Of a DNA stretch of 64,000 nt, positions 42,527-52,639 are shown in pieces; within the stretch, counting starts at the first letter, position 1, and each line of letters opens with the position of its first letter. Source of the DNA: Candidatus Yonathbacteria bacterium (GTDB taxonomy: Bacteria > Patescibacteriota > Minisyncoccia > Phycocordibacterales > JACNGX01); NCBI GenBank assembly GCA_013334825.1, contig JAAXWR010000001.1, forward strand, positions 340,731 through 404,730. The letters run 5' to 3'. Both the position numbers and the translations under genes were made by a program. The notes beneath the pieces were generated by a model. That model made no database searches and was not told the DNA's origin. It saw only the letters and a program-made list of their open reading frames with translations.

Positions 42527-42850
42527 ATGAATATGACGATGTTTTTCCCTCATACCATTCGTACAGTGGGTGCAGTTTTTTCCGCAATATGCGGATTGCT
42601 ACTCTGTTTTTTTACAGGGCAGATATTATTACTGCCCTCACACATTGATCCGTCACTTACGGATTCAATGGCAGATAAGATTTTTTTTGTATTCATGGTT
42701 GGAGGAGGAGGAGTTTTATATATCCTTATCTCCATAAAACTTTTTGTCAAAACGCTTTCATCGTCACTGTGGTCCTTTGGTTTTTTATTTTTCGGTTATG
42801 TATTTGCCGTAGGGCTTTATTACCACATCATTTTTGGAAGCCCGTGGTAA
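42527..42850 (+). CDS. Small membrane protein
   Basis: 107 aa with three hydrophobic segments. A terminator follows at 42863-42889. Confidence 0.45.
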   Translation: MNMTMFFPHTIRTVGAVFSAICGLLLCFFTGQILLLPSHIDPSLTDSMADKIFFVFMVGGGGVLYILISIKLFVKTLSSSLWSFGFLFFGYVFAVGLYYHIIFGSPW

Positions 42851-42862
42851 CACTACTATCCA

Positions 42863-42889
42863 GATGCTCTTCATGAGCATCTTTTTTTT
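42863..42889 (+). terminator. Rho-independent terminator
   Basis: agatgctc-ttcat-gagcatct followed by T8. Confidence 0.8.
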
Positions 42890-44924
42890 ATACTGTTTCT
42901 TTCTTCATCTTTTCTTTCAACTCCTTTATCTCATCCCTCAAAATCGCTGCTGTCTCAAAATCAAGCTCTTTCACCGCGTCAGACATTTGCATCTCTTTAA
43001 ACTTTATCAACTTTTTTGGATTTTTTGCAAACACAAGCGCATCTGTTTCAATATTTGCACGTACCGCTTTTTGACGGTCACTTTCCATATCATCGGTAAT
43101 ATCGTGAATGCGTTTCTTGATTGTTTGCGGAGTAATGCCGTGCTCTGTGTTGTATGCAATTTGAATAGCGCGACGACGATTTGTTTCTGAAAGTGCCCGC
43201 TCCATAGAACCAGTCATTGTGTCGGCATACAAGACGACCCGACCATCCACATTACGCGCAGCACGACCAATCGTCTGGATAAGTGCTGTTTCGCTTCGCA
43301 AAAAGCCTTCCTTATCTGCATCCAGAATTGCAATAAATGTTACTTCAGGAAGGTCCAAGCCCTCGCGCAAAAGATTGACTCCGACAAGACAATCAAAACC
43401 ACCGTTATCCGCGCCTTTGCGAAATTCGGTCAATATTTTGATACGCTCAATCGTCTTTACATCACTGTGCAAATACTCGGCAATAATCCCCTCTTCTTTA
43501 AGGAAACTAGACAAATCTTCTGCCATACGTTTGGTCAAGGTATTGGCAATGACACGATTCCCTTTTGCAATCTCTTTTTTTGCTTCCGCAATAAAATCAC
43601 GAATCTGACCCTTATACGCTCCTTTTGCCGTTACTGGACGAACGGTTGTGTCTGGGTCAATAAGTCCTGTCGGACGAATAATTTGCTCGACGATCTGACT
43701 ACTCACCTCACGTTCATGATTGCCGGGAGTCGCGGTCGTATAGATAGTTATTCCTGTCCGCTCTGTAAACTCCTCAAAACGAAGTGGTCTATTGTCCATT
43801 GCTGAAGGCAATCGAAATCCATATTCCACAAGCGTTTTTTTGCGAGAACGGTCGCCCGCGTACATTCCCCCAATTTGTGGCACTGTCATGTGCGACTCAT
43901 CAATGATTGTCAAAAAATCTGGGCTCCCATCCGGATTGTGTGGGAAATACGAAAGAAGTGTGTCGGGTGCTTCTCCTGGTTTTTTTCCTGATAAATGCCG
44001 TGAATAATTTTCAATACCATTGCAATACCCCACTTCACGAATAAGCGCGAGATCATGATTGGTACGTCGACGTAGACGTTCTGCATCAAGTGCTTTTCCT
44101 TCCGCTTCCAATTCCTTCAGACGTTCGGCGAGTTCTGCTTCAATACGTTTAAGCGCGTGTTTCCGTACTTCTTCATCAGCAAGAAAATGCTTTGCGGGAT
44201 ACAAGTAAAACTCTTCTGGCGTATCAAGTACCGTACCTGAAACCGGGTCAATAACAATAATCGCTTCCACAGTATTCCCCAAAAGTTCTAAACGGTACAT
44301 AACACGCTCGGACACTGGCATGATTTCAATCACATTGCCGATGGAACGAAACTCCCCCGGAGATAAATCCGCATTGGTGCGCTCATAAAAGATACTGATG
44401 AGCTCCTCCATAAGGGTACGCCGTGGCGTCTGCATACCAACAAAAAATCGCTTATGTTCTTTGGCATAATCTTTTGGACTTCCCAATCCATAAATACACG
44501 AAACCGACGCGACAATAATCACATCATTGCGTGAAAGAAGCGCCTGAGTGGAAGCGTGGCGCAATCGGTCAATTTCCTCGTTAATTTGTGCATCCTTTTC
44601 AATATAGGTGTCGGACGCAGGCATGTACGCTTCCGGTTGATAGAAGTCGTAATAAGAAACGAAATAATGCACTGCATTGTCAGGAAAGAATTCTTTGTAC
44701 TCTTGGGCAAGTTGCGCGGCGAGCGTTTTATTGTGCGCGATAACCAATGTCGGTTTTTGTACTGCAGCGATGATGTTTGCCGCGGTAAATGTCTTGCCAG
44801 AACCCGTCACACCAAGAAGTGTTTGATACCGTAATCCTTTTTTTACACCATCAACAAGCGCGGCGATCGCCTCTGGCTGATCACCCGCAGGAATGTGGCT
44901 GTTTTTGATGATGAATTCACTCAT
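42888..44924 (-). CDS. uvrB: Excinuclease ABC subunit B
   Basis: Helicase motifs (GVTGSGKT, DESH) and a C-terminal UVR domain. 678 aa. Confidence 0.97.
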   Translation of the reverse strand: MSEFIIKNSHIPAGDQPEAIAALVDGVKKGLRYQTLLGVTGSGKTFTAANIIAAVQKPTLVIAHNKTLAAQLAQEYKEFFPDNAVHYFVSYYDFYQPEAYMPASDTYIEKDAQINEEIDRLRHASTQALLSRNDVIIVASVSCIYGLGSPKDYAKEHKRFFVGMQTPRRTLMEELISIFYERTNADLSPGEFRSIGNVIEIMPVSERVMYRLELLGNTVEAIIVIDPVSGTVLDTPEEFYLYPAKHFLADEEVRKHALKRIEAELAERLKELEAEGKALDAERLRRRTNHDLALIREVGYCNGIENYSRHLSGKKPGEAPDTLLSYFPHNPDGSPDFLTIIDESHMTVPQIGGMYAGDRSRKKTLVEYGFRLPSAMDNRPLRFEEFTERTGITIYTTATPGNHEREVSSQIVEQIIRPTGLIDPDTTVRPVTAKGAYKGQIRDFIAEAKKEIAKGNRVIANTLTKRMAEDLSSFLKEEGIIAEYLHSDVKTIERIKILTEFRKGADNGGFDCLVGVNLLREGLDLPEVTFIAILDADKEGFLRSETALIQTIGRAARNVDGRVVLYADTMTGSMERALSETNRRRAIQIAYNTEHGITPQTIKKRIHDITDDMESDRQKAVRANIETDALVFAKNPKKLIKFKEMQMSDAVKELDFETAAILRDEIKELKEKMKKETV

Positions 44925-45075
44925 AGTGTGTACTGTAACACAAATGGGAACGATAAACTATGAAGTGAGGAGATTAAAAGTTAGAAGATTAAAAATTGTT
45001 TGTCATTTCGGGCTTGACCCGGAATCTAGAGGATAGACACTACTACGTGGATTCTGGGTCACCCCGCCCGTCCCA

Positions 45076-45099
45076 AAACAAAAAGGCGCTCGCGCGCCT
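45076..45099 (-). terminator. Rho-independent terminator
   Basis: aggcgc-tcgc-gcgcct with a T run on the minus strand. Confidence 0.55.
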
Positions 45100-45394
45100 A
45101 AAAAATTTTTACTGTTCTTTCGTTCAATATCCCATCCACGATCTGGCAAACTCGTTTAAATCTTTTTGGGTCAAAGATGTTATCAAATGCACCGTCTTTT
45201 CCCATCGTATTGAGTCTGTTAAAAAAGGGGGTGATACCTCCCTCCGCCCTCTTCACAAAACGTTTCATCTCCGCTGAATCTGCTCGAGAATCAAACGCTT
45301 TTGAGATTCTCAAAGAGACCATGGAAGAATCTTCTCTTTTTCTTCTTCTCGATGATTTTTCACCGGTGATACGCCGTTTTTTATCTGTAAACAT
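45098..45394 (-). CDS. Small basic hypothetical protein
   Basis: ORF track, 98 aa, K/R-rich. Confidence 0.4.
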   Translation of the reverse strand: MFTDKKRRITGEKSSRRRKREDSSMVSLRISKAFDSRADSAEMKRFVKRAEGGITPFFNRLNTMGKDGAFDNIFDPKRFKRVCQIVDGILNERTVKIF

Positions 45395-45490
45395 ATTTCT
45401 TTAATATTATATTGATAGACAAAATACCACTTCCCTCATCTTTCCATACATATACATGCATGTCAAACAAAAAAGTGGGGCTATCCCCAC

Positions 45491-45811
45491 TTAATATTTC
45501 TTTTCAGGAGAAGGTGCGACCCTGAAAACCATGCCATGAAACAGCCCCCCAGATATAATAATCTCATGAAGTGTCATTTCTTTTAAAAAATCTCCGAAAA
45601 ATGAGCGAAGATCATCAAGACTTGGCTCCTTTTCATCTCCTATAGGAGTAAGTGTAATGATACACAGGTCGAAATCATAGCTCATCACACAAGAATATCT
45701 AATGAACTGTTTCCGGAGAGTCTGTATTGAAATAGTTGTTTCTTTATTAAGAAACACTTTTGTACACCCCTCCACACATACGGGAGGGAAAATATGTTCG
45801 TCTCTTTTCAT
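45491..45811 (-). CDS. Hypothetical protein
   Basis: ORF track. Confidence 0.4.
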   Translation of the reverse strand: MKRDEHIFPPVCVEGCTKVFLNKETTISIQTLRKQFIRYSCVMSYDFDLCIITLTPIGDEKEPSLDDLRSFFGDFLKEMTLHEIIISGGLFHGMVFRVAPSPEKKY

Positions 45812-45915
45812 TTCTCGTTACTTTAATTGTTTCCCGAAGACTTCTCTACAGATACTCGCACATTCATTTCAAAAAGTCAAAACAAAAGCGGGGCATATAC
45901 CCCGCCCAACACACA

Positions 45916-46419
45916 CTACTCCCCCACACCGTCAAACGGGTCATTGTATGTTTCCATCCCTTGTAATACGTTTCTGAGACGTTTAGCAACATTCCGCGCA
46001 TGATTGTCAGGATCAATGACTTCATCACGAGGAACAGAAGCTCTTTTCAAGACAAGATTCTCTTGCGCGAGAATACCTGTCACATGCGCACTTGGTGCTG
46101 AAAGCGCCCTGAGTTCTGTTACCGCGGCGTCATCGTATGTCTCAACAACATAACTACCAGGCGCTATCGACATGTGCGCAACACACGCACGTGAAGCAAA
46201 CTGTTCCGAATACAAAAACACAACATCATGCAAATTCAAAAGATGTTTAAAAAGAAATGGGACAGCAACTGAAAAGCAATCTTCAACCTGCAACAAAAAA
46301 TGCTGATCAGGAACGACTGAGACATCCTTACCGTATTTTCCGTACTCCGTAGCAAGTTTTTTTACGATATCTGGTGTCCACCCCTCTCGCCGATATGCGA
46401 GAAAAAATGATTGATTCAT
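45916..46419 (-). CDS. Hypothetical protein, possibly the C-terminal part of a gene interrupted by an in-frame TGA
   Basis: It is in the same frame as the 46423..46683 ORF, separated only by TGA plus one codon. Confidence 0.45.
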   Translation of the reverse strand: MNQSFFLAYRREGWTPDIVKKLATEYGKYGKDVSVVPDQHFLLQVEDCFSVAVPFLFKHLLNLHDVVFLYSEQFASRACVAHMSIAPGSYVVETYDDAAVTELRALSAPSAHVTGILAQENLVLKRASVPRDEVIDPDNHARNVAKRLRNVLQGMETYNDPFDGVGE

Positions 46420-46422
46420 GGG

Positions 46423-46683
46423 TCAAAAGATTTTTGTTTTGAAGAATTTAAAATACTTGCACACCCTTTGAAAAAAATTTTTACGAAGTGCTTGCGTTAT
46501 CGCTTTCTGTGGGTTAACGCTTCGCACAGGGAATATTCCTCCTTGCGCATCAGTTACGTCTGTATTGACAAGACAAACATGCGGTTTTTGTCCAGTTGCA
46601 CGCATAACATGACGATCTATATCCTCAATCGTCCCCAAAGGAGGAAACCTTGTCATGGTCTTGTAAAAGTCTCCAGTCGCCAT
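46423..46683 (-). CDS. Hypothetical protein, possible N-terminal part of the interrupted gene
   Basis: See above. It contains a PRPP-binding-like stretch VCLVNTDVTDAQGG, which is a weak match. Confidence 0.4.
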   Translation of the reverse strand: MATGDFYKTMTRFPPLGTIEDIDRHVMRATGQKPHVCLVNTDVTDAQGGIFPVRSVNPQKAITQALRKNFFQRVCKYFKFFKTKIF

Positions 46684-46842
46684 TTGTATAATATGTTTTA
46701 TATGTTAAAAAGACTTTCTATCCTGAGTGTCGCATACATACGTAACATAGTCAAACAAAAAAGGGTAGTATGCCCCCCGTATCCGTCAGATGTTTTTTCT
46801 TATCATTGTATATTCGTTTTTTAGAGATGAACTATGTTCGAT

Positions 46843-48078
46843 CTATTTTTTATATCGAGCAAAAAAATCTTCTTTCATATGTGCAAATGTTCCCTCAAGT
46901 ATTGAGACACGAATACGCTTCATGAGATTGACCAAAAAATATACATTGTGAATCGAAGCAAGTGTTGCAGCAAGCATCTCATGACTGCGAAAAAGATGCG
47001 CAACATACGCGCGGGTATACCGCGTGCATGTATAACATCCACAACCTTCTTCTAGTGGTCCCAAGTCATTGACAAAACGAGCATTCCAAAGATTGATGCG
47101 ACCATCATGCGTATATACCATACCCGTACGTGCGATACGTGTCGGGCCCACGCAATCAAACAAATCCGCCCCCTGTTCCGCGCCAATAAATAAATCCAAC
47201 GGCTCACCAATACCGAGAAGATGACGTGGTTTTCCTTCAGGCAACAATGCGTTTACCCAACCAACTGCCGTGTCCATGTCTTCTTTCACGAATGAACCTC
47301 CGATACCATATCCATCAACATCCATCGTGCCAATAACACGAGCCGACTCTTTGCGTAAATCTTCAAATCGTCCTCCTTGCACCACGCCAAAAAGTGCTTG
47401 AGGTGGTCGTTCCCCTCTTCCCATCTGAAGCTCCTTAAATCGCGCCAGACTCCGCTCTGCCCACCTATGTGTCCGTTCCATCGCTTCTTTTTGATAGGCA
47501 TATCCCGCAGTCGGTGATGTACATTCATCAAATGCAAATGTCATATCCGCACCAATATCATGTTGTATTTCCATCGAACGCTCAGGTGTAAAACGATGTT
47601 CCGAACCGTCTTTATATGATTTAAACGTTACACCTTCTTCATCAATAGAGGCGAGTTTTCCTTGTCGTTCTCGTTCATGTTCAGGAAGCGCGCCTTCTTC
47701 GGTTGTGTCACTTGCCTTCGCCACCTTAGAAACACTTGTCCCATAGGCAAAGCCAAGAGAAAACACCTGGAAACCACCGGAGTCAGTCATGGTCGGTCCA
47801 TGCCATCCCATCATCGTCCCAAGACCTCCCATATCACGCACACGTTTTTCTCCTGGTTCAAGATACAAATGATAGGTATTTGCCAAGACAACTTGCGCAC
47901 CAGTATCTGCGACCTGTTCCGGTGTCATCGCTTTGACAGTCCCTTTCGTTCCCACTGTCACAAATGCCGGTGTTTCAATAGTGCCATGCGGTGTATGGAG
48001 AATACCCGCGCGTCCCAATGCTCCCGGCAACTTTTTCTCAATCTGAAATGAAAATCTATCGTGCATGTTGACAATCAT
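46843..48078 (-). CDS. tgt: Queuine tRNA-ribosyltransferase
   Basis: TIM-barrel TGT signature and the C-terminal zinc site CGCYTCTRYTRAYVAHLF. Confidence 0.95.
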   Translation of the reverse strand: MIVNMHDRFSFQIEKKLPGALGRAGILHTPHGTIETPAFVTVGTKGTVKAMTPEQVADTGAQVVLANTYHLYLEPGEKRVRDMGGLGTMMGWHGPTMTDSGGFQVFSLGFAYGTSVSKVAKASDTTEEGALPEHERERQGKLASIDEEGVTFKSYKDGSEHRFTPERSMEIQHDIGADMTFAFDECTSPTAGYAYQKEAMERTHRWAERSLARFKELQMGRGERPPQALFGVVQGGRFEDLRKESARVIGTMDVDGYGIGGSFVKEDMDTAVGWVNALLPEGKPRHLLGIGEPLDLFIGAEQGADLFDCVGPTRIARTGMVYTHDGRINLWNARFVNDLGPLEEGCGCYTCTRYTRAYVAHLFRSHEMLAATLASIHNVYFLVNLMKRIRVSILEGTFAHMKEDFFARYKK

Positions 48079-48583
48079 AGCACATCGTGTACATTTTGGG
48101 GAGCAGAGTCCTCATACACAACATAACATACTTCTTATGGAACATTTTATCATTGTAATAGTTCTTCAGCATGAAAATGATTCTCGTGATTTCAGAGGGG
48201 AAACACAAAGCGCATTAACAACTATTTCATCCAAAAAAGTTTTTGTTATAGCCACACCACTCTCCTCTCAAGCGATAGAATTCGCAAAAAATCCCGAGAA
48301 ACATGTCGAACTCGTTGTTTGGCATTATCAATTTCAGTCAGACTATGATGATCCAGTTTTTGAAAACGCTAAAGAATTACTCAGATATGGCACACCTGTC
48401 CTTCTCATTCGTTCAAATAGCGAGCCCTATCAATTTAAACAACGAATGAATAACTGGATAAAAAGACTGGGTGTGGATGAAAAAGAGCTATTACACATCT
48501 GTTCTATGCCTGAATATCCTGAAACTGTCTGGAAGATTACAGAGCGTCAAATTTCACGGAAAGATTTTCTCTCAAAAACATAA
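48065..48583 (+). CDS. Hypothetical protein (flavodoxin/receiver-like fold?)
   Basis: ORF track. The start is uncertain. Confidence 0.35.
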   Translation: MLTIIAHRVHFGEQSPHTQHNILLMEHFIIVIVLQHENDSRDFRGETQSALTTISSKKVFVIATPLSSQAIEFAKNPEKHVELVVWHYQFQSDYDDPVFENAKELLRYGTPVLLIRSNSEPYQFKQRMNNWIKRLGVDEKELLHICSMPEYPETVWKITERQISRKDFLSKT

Positions 48584-48692
48584 TATCCTACACGACAACC
48601 TTTGTCGTGTATTTTTTATACCATTGACATCTTTGCACTTTTCCTTATTCTGTATACAGATATGTATTCGTAATATAAAAACAATACAGTAT

Positions 48693-49082
48693 ATGAAAAC
48701 TATTATTGTCTTTGATGAAAATCCTAATCCTGTTGACCGTCTTTGTTATCTCGTGCGGAACAAAGGATTGCCATTCTGCGTCATTCGTGAATCAGCATGG
48801 GATGACATACCGCATGAGGATGCGCTCAATATGTGTGTCCTCATACTCATGGGAACTGGTTCATTCCACAAGAACCATCCCGTTATTTCACTATTCGACA
48901 TATTACGTCGAGAGAAGAACTATACGGGACAAGCTATTTTGTATACTCCTCCGTGTTCAAAATCGAAATTCACTAAGGTGTTCAAAGGAAAAAATATCCC
49001 TCCCAATATCATTCTCGCGGAAGTTATGGAGGAATATGTCCTTTCGATACTTCATGATTCCCTGTATATCGACACCACATAA
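48693..49082 (+). CDS. Hypothetical pseudo-receiver-like protein
   Basis: MKTIIVFDENP... has a CheY-like N-terminus but no phospho-acceptor Asp (VLILMGTG). Confidence 0.4.
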   Translation: MKTIIVFDENPNPVDRLCYLVRNKGLPFCVIRESAWDDIPHEDALNMCVLILMGTGSFHKNHPVISLFDILRREKNYTGQAILYTPPCSKSKFTKVFKGKNIPPNIILAEVMEEYVLSILHDSLYIDTT

Positions 49083-49107
49083 TCCCCGCACATGGCGGGG
49101 ATTTTTT
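49082..49107 (+). terminator. Rho-independent terminator
   Basis: atccccgc-acat-ggcgggga followed by T6. Confidence 0.8.
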
Positions 49108-49111
49108 GTCT

Positions 49112-49522
49112 CTATTCTTTTAACCAAGATTTTGCTTCTTCTACATCTGAGAACCATTTTATTTTTGAAGGATGTCCGGTCAATTCACCAATCGTGCCAA
49201 TAAGCGACGCAACAAAATCATTTGAACCAAGAAATGCTACTTTTTGAATTCGCTCATCAGCAATAAACTTCGCATACAATGTACGTGATTCTGGGAAAAC
49301 AACACGTACTCCTTCTGGGACAGCAACCGTATCGACAAGAGCAACACATGTTTCTCCACCACATGCTTCTAATGCTTTTTGCGCACCTTGAATCACAAGT
49401 TCTGTGGCGCGTACGTTATCATCTGATGCTTCTTCATTTGAAAAGAACGTGAGATATATGATACGTTCTTCTGGAGAGGCAAACACCTTAAACCCCTCCT
49501 GTAATGTATGATCAGTTTTCAT
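49112..49522 (-). CDS. Hypothetical protein
   Basis: ORF track, 136 aa. Confidence 0.45.
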   Translation of the reverse strand: MKTDHTLQEGFKVFASPEERIIYLTFFSNEEASDDNVRATELVIQGAQKALEACGGETCVALVDTVAVPEGVRVVFPESRTLYAKFIADERIQKVAFLGSNDFVASLIGTIGELTGHPSKIKWFSDVEEAKSWLKE

Positions 49523-49534
49523 ATATCAAAATAA

Positions 49535-50458
49535 TTATGATAATACTACCTCATCTTCCTGTGGCATCTCTTTGGCAGACGGACCACACAGGAGAGCAAT
49601 TTCATTTTTTACTTGTGCCCATTTTTTTGGCATCACACCGAGTTCACGCGCAAGTGCTTCATTTCGTACCAATTGCGTACACGTCGCAACACCTCGATTC
49701 ATTAGTGCTTGTTTTTGAGAAAGAGAGAGTCCAGGAAGAATAGTGATGGGAAACACACGTACTTCGTTCATCAAATCACGAAGTCCTGCTCCTTTTGGAT
49801 AACTCCAGGACAATAATTTCATACCCACACATTCCGCGTATACAATGGCATTTTCCGTAAATTTTGTGTTCGATGCAAGCCATGCTTCATGAAAACGGTC
49901 ATGTTCTGAATCATCTTGTAATTGTCTCTTCTCTATATCTTCAAAACGTGCCTGTACATACAGCACCGTTTTTAAATCACTTCTAATACCATGATTATTA
50001 TGGAATTTGCATTCAATCAAACGATGTGTTCCATCCTGTCGTGCTGAAACATCTACTTCATGCTCTACACACCATCCCTTCACCATAATAGCAACTCGCA
50101 CATCATATCCTTTGTAACGAAGAAGTTCTCCTACCAATTCTTCAAACGGATGACCATTTGGCCCCATTTCTGCTACTGCTCGACGAAGACTGTATTTGAG
50201 TGCTATAGGTTTATAGGTTTTGTTTTTACGAAGAAGTGAAAACGCTCTTCGATAGATATCACGCGTTTCCATATTTTCTACCACTTCAGCAGAGACCGTA
50301 TTAACAATTGATACTATCATATCCTCTGGCGTACCTGCATGACGAAGTGATGTTTCAAGTTTTGTTGGATCAAACGGCTCACGAATTCCTGATGCCTTAA
50401 TAACGAATGGATACTGCATACATGTATGACTGAAAAAATTATTTAAAGCGAACAACAA
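49535..50458 (-). CDS. ATP-cone domain fused to an Mrr-like (PD-(D/E)xK) restriction endonuclease domain
   Basis: N-terminal VIKASGIREPFDPTKLETSLRHAG is an ATP-cone. The middle FEELVGELLRYKGYDVRV...HEVDVSARQDGTHRLIECKF is an Mrr_cat-like nuclease core. Confidence 0.6.
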   Translation of the reverse strand: MLFALNNFFSHTCMQYPFVIKASGIREPFDPTKLETSLRHAGTPEDMIVSIVNTVSAEVVENMETRDIYRRAFSLLRKNKTYKPIALKYSLRRAVAEMGPNGHPFEELVGELLRYKGYDVRVAIMVKGWCVEHEVDVSARQDGTHRLIECKFHNNHGIRSDLKTVLYVQARFEDIEKRQLQDDSEHDRFHEAWLASNTKFTENAIVYAECVGMKLLSWSYPKGAGLRDLMNEVRVFPITILPGLSLSQKQALMNRGVATCTQLVRNEALARELGVMPKKWAQVKNEIALLCGPSAKEMPQEDEVVLS

Positions 50459-51866
50459 TCTCTAGTGCATCATCATTCTCTGGAAGTCCTGAGGGATTAT
50501 CTTTTTGAAGAATGAGCGACCCCGTGTCAGGAATCCCCACACCACCCATAGGTGTTTCAAATGTAAGGGTTGCAAGAAAAGGAACAAATTCTTCGGTCAT
50601 CCAGTCTCCTTGTGCCTCTGCAATCCCCTGTGCAATGATACGTCCATCCCAATCTGTCAGACTCACAGGAAATGACCCTTCAAAAAACCACATCCCTCGC
50701 GCACGTCCTGACACACGAAGAGGTGAGGAAATACGTTGTCCTTCTCCCGGAGTATCGAGTACAATCATATCGCTTGTACATGACGCAAATGAGGACAATC
50801 TTATCAAAGAGTTGATATAGATAACCTCTTCATTCATAACCATGCCGGAAACAGTAGCATATACAGAGCCTGCCTCACCTCCAAACATCATCGAAATATC
50901 TGACAAAAACGGCGAATCATCAGCAATGCGATACGTCGGCTCACCTAGGTCACATGAACGAAACGTTGGTTCTTCACCCAAAGAAATTGTTCCAAAGAAA
51001 AGTGCTGCCCCGCGTGGCAAATCGGGCACTGCAACGAACGCTCCATCACGAATCTGCGCATACAAGGTCTTTGCATACGATGGTTGTATAGAAAAATTTT
51101 CATCCGCGCCACGGTCAGCATAATTGACAAGAATCATGCCTGTGCGTACTGATATATGTTCGGGAGCAATACGATCTCCTAGAAACAGTCCTTGTGTGCC
51201 AATAAATCCATCAGATGTATGAAGCGCTACAGCAACATAATAAAATGTACCGCTCCCCGTTCCGGTTTTGCGCAAGAAAAGTGTTGCATCGTCATCACCA
51301 TCATCATCAAGGTCACCATATACAGGGACACCAAACACAGAAACAATATCACGTCCCGATGATCCAGGCGCCGATTCTTGTTCTGCAATGCCGTTTACCA
51401 ACGAAAACGCGACATCATCAATATAATATGTTGCATTGAGAGGATCGGATCCTGGAGTTGAAACGGGAGGAATTGTATCTGAAATGTTCCCATCACAAAC
51501 AGGAACCCAATCTACCACATCAAGCATCGCCTTACAGTTATCAGACATGACTTCTGACGAAGCAGTAGGACAAGAAAACGCATCTCCTTTCTCTGGGTAA
51601 TATGTTGCTCCAGCTCCTATGAGCGATGATAGTACTTTTGTTGTTCTTGCAGAAGCAGAATATGCGACACCTGCGACATCTGGTCCCTCACAATATACTT
51701 TTGCTTTTTCATAGGGGGCTTTCATCATAAAAGGAATGCGCCATGCAAGTACACTCACAACCACAATTGCAAGAGTAATAAATATAAATTTATCGTATCG
51801 TTTGAAAAGGGATTTCATCATATAAAGTGAATATGCTACATCTTTAGTATACCAAAAAGACACCAA
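50439..51866 (-). CDS. Membrane-anchored protein with a C-terminal GerMN/Gmad2-like domain
   Basis: N-terminal transmembrane segment FIFITLAIVVVSVLAW. C-terminal ISSPLRVSGRARGMWFFEGSFPVSLTDWDGRIIAQGIAEAQGDWMTEEFVPF...LILQKDNPSG resembles Gmad2. Confidence 0.6.
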   Translation of the reverse strand: MVSFWYTKDVAYSLYMMKSLFKRYDKFIFITLAIVVVSVLAWRIPFMMKAPYEKAKVYCEGPDVAGVAYSASARTTKVLSSLIGAGATYYPEKGDAFSCPTASSEVMSDNCKAMLDVVDWVPVCDGNISDTIPPVSTPGSDPLNATYYIDDVAFSLVNGIAEQESAPGSSGRDIVSVFGVPVYGDLDDDGDDDATLFLRKTGTGSGTFYYVAVALHTSDGFIGTQGLFLGDRIAPEHISVRTGMILVNYADRGADENFSIQPSYAKTLYAQIRDGAFVAVPDLPRGAALFFGTISLGEEPTFRSCDLGEPTYRIADDSPFLSDISMMFGGEAGSVYATVSGMVMNEEVIYINSLIRLSSFASCTSDMIVLDTPGEGQRISSPLRVSGRARGMWFFEGSFPVSLTDWDGRIIAQGIAEAQGDWMTEEFVPFLATLTFETPMGGVGIPDTGSLILQKDNPSGLPENDDALEIVVRFK

Positions 51867-51889
51867 ATAACGAAATATTTTTAGAAGAT

Positions 51890-52270
51890 AGCTTGTAGGG
51901 ATAGACGAATGTAGGAAAGAGGTTATAGGATAGAGGTGATAGGGACGGACACTCGAATCAAGAATTAAGGGTTACGAAGTACGAACGAGTACGAACATAC
52001 GAAACGAGGCTGGAATTAAGAAATATGAACATGCGAATAACGAATGTGTACGAATATACGAATGATGAAGAAACGATAAACTATAAAAAGAAAAAACGAT
52101 AGACGATGAAATAAGAACATACGAATAACGAATGTATACGCGTGCCCCGCACCCCACGTGGTGCTGGGGAATATACGAATAAAAAACTTCTCTTTGTATA
52201 CTCTTTAAATGTCATTCGTAGATTCGTACGTATTCGTTATTCGTAAACATTCGTTATTCGTAAACATTCA
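51890..52270. repeat. Mosaic intergenic repeat cluster (full-length copy plus inverted partial copy)
   Basis: GGTTATAGGATAGAGGTGATAGGGACGGACACTCGAATCAAGAAT, GGGTTACGAAGTACGAACGAGTACGAACATACGAAACG, ACGAATAACGAATGT, AAACGATAAACTATAAAAAGAAAAAACGATAGACGATGAAATAAGAA, hairpin CCCCGCACCCCACGTGGTGCTGGGG (52145-52169), then an inverted CGTACGTATTCGTTATTCGTAAACATTCGTTATTCGTA. Confidence 0.9.
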
Positions 52271-52348
52271 AGAAACTCGTCTTCTTATTTCTCAACACAC
52301 ATAATATAAACAATTGACTCATACCCCGCCCCCGTATATGATGGTGCT

Positions 52349-52606
52349 ATGGAACATGCAAAAGAACTTATCCATCGTCTCAATAAAATACAAGGTCAAA
52401 TTGAGGCACTCAAACGTGTCATTACCCAAGACGACAAAACCTGCGCGGATGTGGTGTATCAAATAAAAGCAGTCAAAGGCGCACTCAAGAAAGTCGGTGA
52501 TATTTATGCTGATGCATATATATCTTCATGTATTACAGATGGACGTGATCCAAAAAAGAGCGCTTCTGAAGCATCTGAGGCACTGAAAGCAATTCTCAAT
52601 GCATAA
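52349..52606 (+). CDS. CsoR/RcnR/FrmR-family metal-sensing transcriptional repressor
   Basis: 85 aa. HRLNKIQGQIEALKRVI...CADVVYQIKAVKGAL matches the DUF156 helical pattern with conserved Cys. Confidence 0.7.
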   Translation: MEHAKELIHRLNKIQGQIEALKRVITQDDKTCADVVYQIKAVKGALKKVGDIYADAYISSCITDGRDPKKSASEASEALKAILNA

Positions 52607-52639
52607 TAAAAAGAGCGGAATAACCGCCCTTTGTTTTTG

